A stretch of DNA of 44,832 nt from Nemertoderma westbladi (lineage: Eukaryota > Animalia > Xenacoelomorpha): contig JAUCBJ010008304.1 in assembly GCA_032718475.1 (NCBI GenBank), positions 1-44,832 of the forward strand. The letters run 5' to 3'. Below are positions 22,614 through 35,200 of this stretch, in pieces; within the stretch, counting starts at the first letter, position 1, and each line of letters starts with the position of its first letter. The translations under genes and the position numbers were made by a program. The notes under the pieces were generated by a model. The model was given only the letters and a program-made list of their open reading frames with translations, was not told the DNA's origin and searched no databases.

Positions 22614-23635
22614 ATATGAAGCCTTATAAGACCAAAATCTAACGAGAAATTAACAACAACACAACACCCACAACAATAACAACAACAATAGCAACACCGG
22701 AGTGAATACTAGTGGTCTCGCTTTGCGGACCTAACAAAATGAGTGTCAAAACACATCCGCGAATAATACCACACTGATTCAGTCTAATGACGCTCTATAT
22801 ATGCGAGTCAATAACATCAATGGGTTTAAACGCTACCGGTACAGCTGACTACCGCTGCCGACAACGGCAAATATGAAAATGTAACCTGAGATCGTGACTC
22901 CCGTTTATTGTTTTGGTTAGAATAACCTTCCGCTATATCCTGTTCCTTTCTCTCAATTGATAATTAACATTGATTAACTTGAATAGTGGTTGTCGGCTGA
23001 CGGTTGTCGGTTGTCGGCGTAGCGTTTACACCCGCCATTAATATCTTTGGACTTAGCGCGTTGAAATGTATTAAGAAATGCTATCAGTTTGTCTGAAGTT
23101 TTTTTATGACTAAATGTAAGTTCATATGAGATAGGCTCCTTATATGATATGTAAAAAAGAGACACCACACCCTTATTGGGCCTAGGCTGGTTATCGGTAC
23201 ACCAAGTACAGTAGACCACCACTTACTTTTATTTCACTAATATGCGATATTTAGCTTTTTTTACCGATGCAACGTACAACAACTGTACACCACAACCACC
23301 ACTACTGTACATAACACAGTGTAGTGGCATTTATTGTTTAACATTTAATTTTTTAAATGATATGATTAGTGATTTGTGAATGATAGATTATGATTTTACA
23401 TAATATGAAGTCTTTCATTAATGAAAATTTTCAATTTTTGAACAAAATTACATACATACATAGCCGTAATCTAACACATGAAATAATAACATTAAGTTCT
23501 TGTCTCTTGTAAAAATCGCCTCGCATTGTTATCTTATCAAGTGACATTAACCTTAGTATATATCATAATCTGAATTATATTTACAAACGCTCTACAGGAT
23601 AAGTAATCTATATATGAATTTGTGTTTAGTCTAAC

Positions 23636-23728
23636 CTTTTAATGTCCAAGTATAATGCACTAGACTGTTGAATGCACTTCGTTACACCGAAATTACAAGC
23701 CGTTGATATTGCCAATTCTTGAAAACTC
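23636..23728 (-). CDS. M1 aminopeptidase N-like gene, internal exon
   Basis: ttgttttag| ... AG|GTTAGA, 93 nt, phase 2-2. Encodes SFQELAISTACNFGVTKCIQQSSALY (cf. ANPEP AISTACSNGVPEC). Confidence 0.85.
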
Positions 23729-24107
23729 CTAAAACAAATATTTATGTTTATGGCCTATGGCCTATTTGCTTTATAGTTTATAGCTATTTACTATCTATCT
23801 ATTGCTAGACATATACTATTTACTTTATAGCTATTTAGCTATTGCTACACTATTTACTGTATAACTTTTATAGATTTTTAGCGGAAGGTAACTGAGGATG
23901 TCTGTGATATCTCCAGATTAAACTTCTATTTCCCGCCCATAAGTAGCTCTTTCATCATTTTTTATTCAAATTCGGCACCTTTTAATGAAAGTTTATGGAA
24001 GATTTATATAACAAACTTTATACCTTTGTGGTAGAGTGGTAGGGTCACCACTTGACATGCGGGTGGTGAATTATCACGGCAACCAAATTTAGTTGTTACT
24101 ACTACTG

Positions 24108-25752
24108 TACTAGGTCGAGCGAACTCGGACAGTGGAAATGAGATCCTTCCAGGCTTCCCGATTCTCCAACTACTACTAGGTCGAGCGAACTCGGACAGTG
24201 GAAATGAGATCCTTCCAGGCTTCCCGATTCTCCATAGTTGTCGCAATTTCGTTTCTCCCAAGTTCAGTATCCCTTTCAAGTTGATCTATATATGTTATAA
24301 CCGGTCGTCTACTGGTACGCTTTTCATGTGTTGGTTTGCAGAAAAGTAGATCTTGTATGACCTCATGTTTACTTCGCCAGCAGTGCCCTCTGAATCTTAA
24401 TCTGCGTTCACGGAGGGTGGTTGATACTGGTGGTATTGTACCATAAAGCTCGGCGTTTGTCATGTGTTGTCTGCAGCTGATGTATAGGGCTGCCCTTAGT
24501 AGTCTTGTGTAGCAACCATCAATTCGTTGTTCAAGTGATTTAGTCAGTGTCCAGGTCTCACCCCCGTATAAAAATAGACTTTCCACTGTGGCTCGAAAGA
24601 ACATAGTCTTCAGGTGCCTGGAGAGATCTGATTTCCAGATGGTATCCATTTTTGATAGAGCTACCCAAGCCTTTGCTTTCCTAACTTCTATATACTTTTT
24701 GCTACTCTCTATCCATGATCCAAGGTACGGTAGGAATAGTTGGGGGGCCCCCATAACGTGATTACCGGGATATTCAGCCATGACCGGGATAATTTTGATA
24801 AAAATGGTAAGACAGTTGGGATTGCAAATAACTACACACAGTACAAACCGGGATAATTTATTAGTGAAGATTTACATGATAATAGCTTTGATATTACAGT
24901 AGAATAAATTGAATTAAGATTGGACAAATTCAATGTTTTTACTTTGGTAACGCAGTCTTTATTAATCAATCAATGTACTTTACTATACTGTAGGCCATTA
25001 TTTTATTTATTATTGTATGGTCGTTATTTAATTATGTGTTCAAAAATAGGTCAAATAAAAAATATAGGGAATATTGATAGCTATAATGATAATTAATGCA
25101 AACAAGCACAAATCTTATACGATGTCTACAAATCGAAATATGAAATCGCATGAAATTTGAAATTCAAATGTTTTTACGTATTTGGAATCCTTGCACGGCC
25201 AGCTTTCTAACTGTACCAAGAAATCACTAAGATTAAAGAATAACTGCAGTGTAACTTGTCCAATATCGACGGAGTCACCTTTTTAAAACGCTTGTAGCTA
25301 AAGAATGAGCAAAAATAACAATCATGACTCTCTCACCACCCAGCAGGGCGTGAAACTGTTTCTCTTCTATTTAAAATTATATGCAATTTCATTAACATAT
25401 ACTAAATAGGCGTATTATACAGTATATAAGTACAGGAGCGGGACATTTTCACACAACAATACTTGGTTACCGGGATTTTTGAAGAATTTCCTACCCTGAA
25501 ACAAGGTACTGGAAGTCGTCAACCTTCCTTAGTTGATTCGTATCAATTGTTGTCAAGTTTCCATTAATATTACAAGTCATGAATTCGGTCTTGGTAGCAT
25601 TTATATGCAATCCAACCTCCTTAGCAGCCCTCTCCACTTTATTTAGTAGAAGCTGTGCATCTGCTAGCGTATTAGAGAGCAGGGCGATGCCATCCGCAAA
25701 GTCGGTGTCTGTGACTGTAGTTGCCGGATATCTACTACTTCTGCGTTCTTGT
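24108..25752 (-). mobile_element. 5'-truncated RTE-clade LINE, split by a MITE
   Basis: 25499-25752 encodes DTDFADGIALL...VGLHINATKTE...VDDFQYL. It continues at 24725 as YLGSWI...FFRATVESLFLYGGETWTL...RLRFRGHCWRS, ending in a TAG stop plus (TAG)n tail. Confidence 0.88.
24726..25498. mobile_element. hAT-type non-autonomous DNA transposon inserted in the RTE
   Basis: Imperfect 11-bp TIR tacggtaggaa / ttcctaccctg; 8-bp TSD atccaagg / aaacaagg; subterminal accggga repeats. Removing it rejoins the RTE frame (FQYLGSW). Confidence 0.7.
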
Positions 25753-25789
25753 AATGTGAATACTTACAGTATTTTTTTAAATATTCCAA

Positions 25790-26630
25790 AATGACCTTTC
25801 ATTCGGCCACCATATTGCAACGATCGTGAAAAAAGCAAACCGAACTCTTGGATTAATATATCGGACATTCAAGCACCTGGATGGGGATATCTTCATCAGT
25901 CTCTACAAAGCCCTCGTACGACCAACACTGGAGTATGCCTCCACCGTCTGGTCGCCACATCGGATCGGAGAGACACGGCTGATTGAATCAGTCCAACGGC
26001 GAGCTACTCGGTTAGTAGCCAACCTGCGAGACACACCGTACCCTCTTCGCTTGCGGCAACTGGGCCTCCCGACCCTCGAGTATCGTCGCCACCGCGCTGA
26101 CCTCGTCCAGGTCTATCGGTATCTGTCGGGTCTTGAGTCAGTCGACCATCTATTTACTCTCTCCTCCAGCAGTACTCGCCTCGCGGCCATTCCCTAAAAC
26201 TCCAGAAACCACGTGCGAGATTACTCCAACGGAACTCTACCTTCCACTTCCGGGTCATTGACCCATGGAATGCACTGACCGATAATATAGTCACCTCACC
26301 CTCGCTAAACACCTTCAAATCCAGCCTGAACACTCATTATAAACATTTACCCCTGAAATTCACCCCCTCGTGGTGGAACCTCACATAATCCACTTATTAC
26401 CTGCATTAATAATCACCAACTTTTATTCATCACATTAACGTTGTTTTATCTATCATATATTTTAAAATTTTTTAATTACAACACCAACTTTCATTCGTTG
26501 TTTTATCATATGTTTTTAAATTTTCAATTACAGCACCAACTATGTTCTATCATATATTTTTAAATTTTTAATTACAACACCAACTTTCATTCGTTGTTTT
26601 ATCATATATTTTTTATATTTTTAATTAATT
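25790..26630 (+). mobile_element. CR1-group LINE 3' fragment with tandemly repeated 3' region
   Basis: KKANRTLGLIYRTF, LYKALVRPTLEYASTVWSPH, IESVQRRATR; after a frameshift GHSLKL...FRVIDPWNAL...NTFK. ~60-bp tandem repeats at 26410-26630. Confidence 0.85.
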
Positions 26631-26889
26631 TTATTTCATTTTTTAACAAACCTTTTTTACAAACGAGGTTTTAAATAATCTCTATGAATTCAAAGATACA
26701 GTCGGGGTCTCAAAGTGCATCTGTTCTTTGAGAATTTCTCAAAGAACTAAAAGTGTCTCAAATTTCTAAAAGTGGTCCAAGAAAATAACAAAGTGTCCTC
26801 AAAGATTTCAAAGATTTCAAAGTAGTACTGTCTGTCATTTCATTCAGTCCTGCCTGAAGCTGGCTATGGTATGGGGTATATTAACTCTG

Positions 26890-27277
26890 ACTATAGGGTA
26901 AAATATAAGTAATAAAAACCTCTACGAAACAATAAAGATGCCTCCAAAAAATACTGCAGTAATAAATATTTGTTACTGAAAGTAAGAATTAAACTTACTG
27001 CAGTAATAAATAATTGTCTTTTTCTGCAGTAACAAATAATTTGTTACTGCAGTATAAATTTTTATTCAATTATTTATTAATATTGATTACTGCAGTATAG
27101 ATTTTTATTCAATTATTTATTAATTTATTAATATTGATTATTGCAGTAATAAATATTTGTTACTGCAGTAATTGTTATATGTTACTGCAGTAACTAATAT
27201 TTAATACAGCAGCATTTTTTGTAGGTATTTTTATTGTTTCATAGAGGATTTTATTAATTTATATTTGGACTCTTTAG
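26890..27277. mobile_element. Foldback MITE with ~70-bp inverted arms and internal TACTGCAGTA repeats
   Basis: aatataagtaataaaaacctctacgaaacaataaa... is mirrored by ...tttattgtttcatagaggattttattaatttatatt; many palindromic tactgcagta units lie between the arms. Confidence 0.65.
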
Positions 27278-27959
27278 AGACGCCATAATTGCGGGCTATC
27301 GGAATATGTTGGTATTTGTGTCATAGACAGTTTGTCTGTTGCCCTATCTATATTAATGTATAGTGCTAAAACTGTACAGTTTAAATTTGTTTAGCCCACG
27401 TGAACGCTGAATACCTTTACCAATGCATTTCAATGGTCAACCAGCCATACTTTTCCGCACTGTAAATTGTGTTATACAAAGTAAAGAATAACGATAGAGG
27501 CAGGAATAAAGATAAATGATTCAAGCGCACTAATTGGCTGTTCCCATAGATGTTTTAGGCATTGTTGGTGCGCAATGCAGAGTCATGCAATGGTCAGAGC
27601 GACCGCCCAGTCTGCCAAAATCTATTATGTATTCAAATGGTACCACAAGCCAAGCAAAGCATGTGACAGTTCTTTCCGACTCTGCACCTGTTTGTTTGAA
27701 GGTCGCCGACCGTGGGTCGCTACTCACTAGCTGTGATTGATAGTTTAAACTGGGTGCCGCTTTGCCAGAAGGCGGTACACATCAATTGAATATAAGGCAA
27801 ACATTTAAATTATGCTCAAATATAAACGGCAGCGGCAGGGGATATTTTAATATCTCTATTAAGCTAAAACAACACAAGATTGTAGCCGTTCTATCTTAAT
27901 TGAAAGTCGAAAGCCTTCGCGTTTCTCGCGCTCTCGTCAACATAGTTATCATATTAATT

Positions 27960-28370
27960 AAACAGTAAAGGTATCTTCATGTATAACGAAACTGTTTCCT
28001 ATCTAGAACATGTTCAGAAGGCCAGAGCCTTTTATTTTAAACTTTGGTGTGGAGTAAGTAAATACTCCTCCTCTTCTGCCATTCTGAAATCAATCGATAA
28101 CATCGATAATCCTGATTGTGACATCCAGCTGGATGCTCTATCTGGTTTTCGTCGCCATGCGTGCAGCTGCACTGATGCTCTCAAATGGGTGTCATCACCT
28201 ATTCTGTACCAAAAGTACTTGCTGGAAGGCAACTGCGGACTGCGTTTGTTGGTTATGCAATAATCCCGCCCCATACAAACTCCACTACAAAGTCTGTCCC
28301 AGTATCCCCCCACTTAGAACAGATCTCCAAAGGGCCCTCTTCCTCCACACTTTAGAAAATTCAAAATAAC
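27960..28370 (+). mobile_element. Possible degenerate LINE ORF2 C-terminus
   Basis: LEHVQKARAFYFKLWCGVSKYSS, then Cys/His-rich CWLCNNPAPYKLHYKVC in another frame; weak resemblance only. Confidence 0.3.
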
Positions 28371-29040
28371 CTATAGTTATAATATATGTCTAATATTATA
28401 ATTACTATCCAACCCAACTGCCATGTCTCTTTTACTTTAATTAACTTTATTATACCATTTATAAACCTCTGTGTATCTTAACAATAGTAATAATAATAAT
28501 ATAACCTACCCATATCTATAAATATAACTTTATTATCCAATTATCATCTGTTCCTGCTACTACCGATTTTACTCTCTAGAAATTACTGCATGCTGCATGT
28601 ACCAGGTACCTCTATTTTATTGGTTACGATAACCTATTTTATTTGTTATTGCTGTATGTACTCTCTACTTTTAATGGTGCGATTATTAATTAATTATAAT
28701 TTTATGTTAATTTAATATTCCTTATGCATTGGAAATTAAGAATCATAGTTCATTTATATAAATATAAATATAATTTGAAACATAGCAATTTCAACCCTAT
28801 ATCTATGTCTAGCTAAATTCAGAATGTCATATTTTGAGTTAAGATTTTCAATAAGTAATTTAAAATATATATACTTATATTTAATTCATAATACAGAAGC
28901 TCAGATTATATTTCATTAGAAACATTGTGTTTTAGGATTCAAAGAAAATATCAATAAAGTTTCTTGTGAAACAGCATGGTGTTCAAAGATGTATCATTGT
29001 TCTCTGGATGCTATTGATTTATTTAATAAAAACAAATTAT

Positions 29041-29347
29041 ACTATATACTAACTATAGTAACTATATACTAACTATAGTAACTATATACTAACTATAGTA
29101 ACTATATACTAACTATAGTAACTATATACTAACTATAGTAACTATATACTAACTATAGTAACTATATACTAACTATAGTAACTATATACTAACTATAGTA
29201 ACTATATACTAACTATAGTAACTATATACTAACTATAGTAACTATATACTAACTATAGTAACTATATACTAACTATAGTAACTATATACTAACTATAGTA
29301 ACTATATACTAACTATAGTAACTATATACTAACTATACTAACTATAT
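29041..29347. repeat. 20-bp minisatellite (ACTATATACTAACTATAGTA), ~15 copies
   Basis: Near-perfect tandem array read directly from the sequence. Confidence 0.97.
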
Positions 29348-29416
29348 TGTTTAAAAAAAATTATCACCGTAGACTTACTACTTTACTAATATTAAATTAG
29401 CCAAATTAGACAAAAC

Positions 29417-29659
29417 CTTTTAATATGATCTGAAGATAAATTCTGCCATCCTAATTCGTCGTACCATCTTTTAACCAAATGACCGACAAAAGCTGTCCTA
29501 TCCTGTCGAAATAGTTCGAAATCGTGCAGATCGCTATTCTCAACGACTTGCCAAACCAAAATCAGACGTTCAATGTACAAATTAAGTATTTCAAGGGTTT
29601 CTTCCGTAGCAATATAGTTGAATAGTTCGAGAAACTGGATAATCGATTTTTCGTAAAAC
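29417..29659 (-). CDS. M1 aminopeptidase N-like gene, most 5' exon visible in the window
   Basis: ttttttccaag| ... AG|GTTTTG, 243 nt, phase 2-2. Encodes SIIQFLELFNYIATEETL...FVGHLVKRWYDELGWQNLSSDHIK, typical of the start of ERAP1_C (Y..LGW...H). Confidence 0.8.
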
Positions 29660-29831
29660 CTTGGAAAAAAAGAAAATAAATTAATTTAATATTTATTATC
29701 CAAACCATTCCACTTATTAATCCACCCCCTGTGTGACTTGTTTAACGTGTGGGGCGAGTCAGAAACGTGAGCCATCAGCGAGCGGTTATAATTATACTCG
29801 GGCCGTTTACAGAAATGCCGGTGTGTGCGTC

Positions 29832-31730
29832 AGAAGCCAGCATTGACAAAAGCCAACATTGTCGGAAGGCAACAATGTTGGAAGCCAACATTGTCGGAAG
29901 CCAACATTGTCGGAAGGCAACAATGTTGGAAGCCAACATAGTCGGAAGCCAACATTGTTGGAAGCCCACATAGTCGGAAGGCAACAATGTTGGAAGCCAA
30001 CATAGTCGGAAGCCAACATTGTTGGAAGCCCACATAGTCGAGAGCCAACATAGTCGGAAGCCAACATTGTCGAAAGCCAACATAGTCGGAAGCCAACATT
30101 GTTGGAAGCCAACATAGTCGGAAGCCAACATAGTCGGAAGCCAACATTGTTGGAAGCCAACATTGTGCAAGCCAACATAGTCGAAAGCCAACATTGTTGG
30201 AAGCCAACATAGTCGGAAGCGAACATAGTCGAAAGCCAACATTGTTGGAAGCCAACATTGTCGGAAGCCAACATAGTCGGAAGCAAACATAGTCGGAAGC
30301 CAACATTGTTGGAAGCCAACAAAGTCGGAAGCCAACATAGTCGGAAGCCAACATTGTCGGAAGCCAACATTGTTGGATCCATCATTGCCGGAAGCCAAAA
30401 TTGTCGCAAGCCAACATAGTCGGAAGCCAACATTGTTGGAAGCCAACATTGTTGGAAGCCAACATTGTTGGAAGCCAACATTGTCGGAAGCCAACATTGT
30501 CGGAAGCCAACATTATCGCAAGCCAACATAGTCGGAAGCCAACATTGTTGGAAGCCAACATAGTCGGAAGCCAACATAGTCGGAAGCCAACATTGTCGGA
30601 AGCCAACATTGTCGCATGCCAACATAGTCAGAAGCCAACATTGTTGGAAGCCAACATTGTGCAAGCCAACATAGTCGGAAGCCAACATTGTTGGAAGCCA
30701 ACTTTCTCGGAAGCCAACATTGTTGGAAGCCAACATTGTTGGAAGCCAACATTGTTGGAAGCCAACATTGTTGGACGCCAACATAGTCAGAAGCCAACAT
30801 TGTCGGAAGCCAACATTGTTGGAAGCGAACATTGTCGGAAGCCAACATTATCGTAAGCCAACATAGTCGGAAGCCAACATTGTGGAAGCCAACATTGTTG
30901 GAAGCCAACATTGTTGGAAGTCAACATTGTTGGAAGCCAACATTGTTGGAAGCCAACTGTGTTGGAAGCCAACATTGTTGGAAGCCAACATTGTTGGAAG
31001 CCAACATTGTTGGAGGCCAACATTGTCGGAAGCCAACATTGGTGGAAGCCAACATTGTCGGAAGCCAACTGTGTTGGTAGCCAACATTGTTGAAAGCCAA
31101 CATTATCGGAAGCCAACATTGTCGCAAGCCAACGTAGTTGGAAGCCAACATTGTTGGAAGTCAACATTGTCTGAAGCCAACATTGTTGGAAGCCAACATT
31201 GTTGGAAGCCAACTGTGTTGGAAGCCAACATAGTCGGAAGCCAATATTGTTGGAAGGCAACTTTGTTAGAAGCCAACATTGTTAGAAGCCAACTGTGTTG
31301 GGAGCCAACATTGTTGGAAGCCAACATTGTGCAAGCTAACATTGTTGGAAGCCAACATTGTGCAAGCCAACATAGTCGGAAGCCAACATTGTTGGAAGCC
31401 AACTTTGTTAGAAGCCAACATTGTGCAAGCCAACATAGTCGGAAGCCAACATTGTTAGAAGCCAACTGTGTTGGAAGCCAACATTGTTGGAAGCCAAATG
31501 TGTTGGAAGCCAACATTGTTGGAAGCCAACATTGTGCAAGCCAACATTGTCGGAAGCCAACATTGTGCAAGTCATCATAGTCGGAAGCCAACATTGTTGA
31601 TAGTAAGAATGTGTTGGCAAGCTGTAATTCCTTCCTATAATGAGTTGGAAGCTAGTTGGAAGCCAACATTGTTGTAAGCCAACATTGTTGTAAGCCAACA
31701 TTGTTGGAAGCCAACATTGTCGGAAGCCAA
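29832..31730. repeat. Degenerate 15-bp satellite (GAAGCCAACATTGTT/CG), ~125 copies
   Basis: Tandem array with cattgttg, cattgtcg, catagtcg and ctgtgttg variants; it accounts for the many overlapping ORFs here. Confidence 0.95.
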
Positions 31731-32220
31731 TAACTATACTTTCTAACCCGACAGACGGGCATTTAAGGGTGGCCCAGATATTCATAATTGTAGTAGTTTG
31801 ATGTCGGCTTACCGTTCTGATGCAATTAATATTTAATTCAATAGCAACCTACCAAACAGAGTGAGATAGAGTGAGAAACAGAGAGTACATATAATATAGA
31901 ATAAATATTACTTATATATAATTATGTTTTCAATATTTTTCTACTGTCACCGGTTTTTCCACAAAAATTTGTTTATTAATGTTATTAATTTTACATCCGA
32001 TAAGTACTTAGTGAACCTCTAGGCTTTATTGGTAGAAATTTATTTGTAAAATCATTTGTTTACAAACAAGATATTAATAGTTTGAGGATTTTTTGCGGAT
32101 GCAAAGAAATAATATACAGTATAACAAGTTGATATTCTTGTTTGATAATATTTGTTTAATTTTTTAGCAGGTAGGGCACGGTTGAAATGAAAATGACAAG
32201 ATTTGCATATCACTACAGTT

Positions 32221-35200
32221 AGTTAAGTTAATACTAACAATTTTAACTAACTCTAATTTAACACTAACAATTTTAACTAACTCTAATTTAATACTAACAA
32301 TTTTAACTAACTCTAATTTAACACTAACAATTTTAACTAACTCTAATTTAATACTAACAATTTTAACTAACTCTAATTTAATACTAACAATTTTAACTAA
32401 CTCTAATTTAATACTAACAATTTTAACTAACTCTAATTTAATACTAACAATTTTAACTAACTCTAATTTAATACTAACAATTTTAACTAACTCTAATTTA
32501 ATACTAACAATATTAACTAACTCTAATTTAATAATAACAATTTTAACTAACTCTAATTTAATACTAACAATTTTAACTAACTCTAATTTAATACTAACAA
32601 TTTTAACTAACTCTAATTTAATACTAACAATTTTAACTAACTCTAATTTAATACAAACAATTTTAACTAACTCTAATTTAATACTAACAATTTTAACTAA
32701 CTCTAATTTAATACTAACAATTTTAACTAACTCTAATTTAATACTAACAATTTTAACTAACTCTAATTTAATACTAACAATTTTAACTAACTCTAATTTA
32801 ATACTAACAATTTTAACTAACTCTAATTTAATACTAACAATATTAACTAACTCTAATTTAATAATAACAATTTTAACTAACTCTAATTTAATACTAACAA
32901 TTTTAACTAACTCTAATTTAATACTAACAATTTTAACTAACTCTAATTTAATACTAACAATTTTAACTAACTCTAATTTAATACAAACAATTTTAACTAA
33001 CTCTAATTTAATACTAACAATTTTAACTAACTCTAATTTAATACTAACAATTTTAACTAACTCTAATTTAATACTAACAATTTTAACTAACTCTAATTTA
33101 ATACTAACAATTTTAACTAACTCTAATTTAATACTAACAATTTTAACTAACTCTAATTTAATACTAACAATTTTAACTAACTCTAATTTAATACTAACAA
33201 TATTAACTAACTCTAATTTAATAATAACAATTTTAACTAACTCTAATTTAATACTAACAATTTTAACTAACTCTAATTTAATACTAACAATTTTAACTAA
33301 CTCTAATTTAATACTAACAATTTTAACTAACTCTAATTTAATACAAACAATTTTAACTAACTCTAATTTAATACTAACAATTTTAACTAACTCTAATTTA
33401 ATACTAACAATTTTAACTAACTCTAATTTAATACTAACAATTTTAACTAACTCTAATTTAATACAAACAATTTTAACTAACTCTAATTTAATACTAACAA
33501 TTTTAACTAACTCTAATTTAATACTAACGATTTTAACTAACTCTAATTTAATACTAACGATTTTAACTAACTCTAATTTAATACTAACAATTTTAACTAA
33601 CTCTAATTTAATACTAACAATTTTAACTAACTCTAATTTAATACTGACAATTTTAACTAACTCTAATTTAATACTAACAATTTTAACTAACTCTAATTTA
33701 ATACTAACAATTTTAACTAACTCTAATTTAATACTAACAATTTTAACTAACTCTAATTTAATACTAACAATTTTAACTAACTCTAATTTAATACTAACAA
33801 TTTTAACTAACTCTAATTTAATACTAACAATTTTAACTAACTCTAATTTAATACTAACAATTTTAACTAACTCTAATTTAATACTAACAATTTTAACTAA
33901 CTCTAATTTAATACTAACAATTTTAACTAACTCTAATTTAATACTAACAATTTTAACTAACTCTAATTTAATACTAACAATATTAACTAACTCTAATTTA
34001 ATAATAACAATTTTAACTAACTCTAATTTAATACTAACAATTTTAACTAACTCTAATTTAATACTAACAATTTTAACTAACTCTAATTTAATACTAACAA
34101 TTTTAACTAACTCTAATTTAATACAAACAATTTTAACTAACTCTAATTTAATACTAACAATTTTAACTAACTCTAATTTAATACTAACAATTTTAACTAA
34201 CTCTAATTTAATACTAACAATTTTAACTAACTCTAATTTAATACTAACAATTTTAACTAACTCTAATTTAATACTAACAATTTTAACTAACTCTAATTTA
34301 ATACTAACAATTTTAACTAACTCTAATTTAATACTAACAATTTTAACTAACTCTAATTTAATACTAACAATTTTAACTAACTCTAATTTAATACTAACAA
34401 TTTTAACTAACTCTAATTTAACACTAACAATTTTAACTAACTCTAATTTAATACTAACAATTTTAACTAACTCTAATTTAATACTAACAATTTTAACTAA
34501 CTCTAATTTAATACTAACGATTTTAACTAACTCTAATTTAATACTAACGATTTTAACTAACTCTAATTTAATACTAACAATTTTAACTAACTCTAATTTA
34601 ATACTAACAATTTTAACTAACTCTAATTTAATACTGACAATTTTAACTAACTCTAATTTAATACTAACAATTTTAACTAACTCTAATTTAATACTAACAA
34701 TTTTAACTAACTCTAATTTAATACTAACAATTTTAACTAACTCTAATTTAATACTAACAATTTTAACTAACTCTAATTTAATACTAACAATTTTAACTAA
34801 CTCTAATTTAATACTAACAATTTTAACTAACTCTAATTTAATACTAACAATTTTAACTAACTCTAATTTAATACTAACAATTTTAACTAACTCTAATTTA
34901 ATACTAACAATTTTAACTAACTCTAATTTAACACTAACAATTTTAACTAACTCTAATTTAATAATAACAATTTTAACTAACTCTAATTTAATACTAACGA
35001 TTTTAACTAACACTAATTTAATACTAACAATTTTAACTAACTCTAATTTAATACTAACGATTTTAACTAACACTAATTTAATACTAACGATTTTAACTAA
35101 CACTAATTTAATACTAACAATTTTAACTAACACTAATTTAATACTAACAATTTTAACTAACTCTAATTTAATACTAACAATTTTAACTAACTCTAATTTA

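Noticed and set aside
24021-24075. tRNA-like A-box sequence
   Set aside because: No B-box or cloverleaf; at most a SINE fragment.
27728-27863. Minus-strand segment with good acceptor and GTGAGT donor
   Set aside because: It has stop codons in all three frames and is not needed for the aminopeptidase reading frame.
28937-29035. Plus-strand exon-like stretch (ETAWCSKMYHCSLDAIDLF) resembling an aminopeptidase segment
   Set aside because: Wrong strand and no donor site; the true exon with AISTAC is at 23636-23728.
29041-31730. CRISPR-like array
   Set aside because: The repeats are contiguous with no unique spacers, there are no cas genes, and the context is eukaryotic.
29749-31785. Many overlapping Cys/Trp-rich ORFs
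   Set aside because: Translation products of the 15-bp satellite, open in several frames on both strands.
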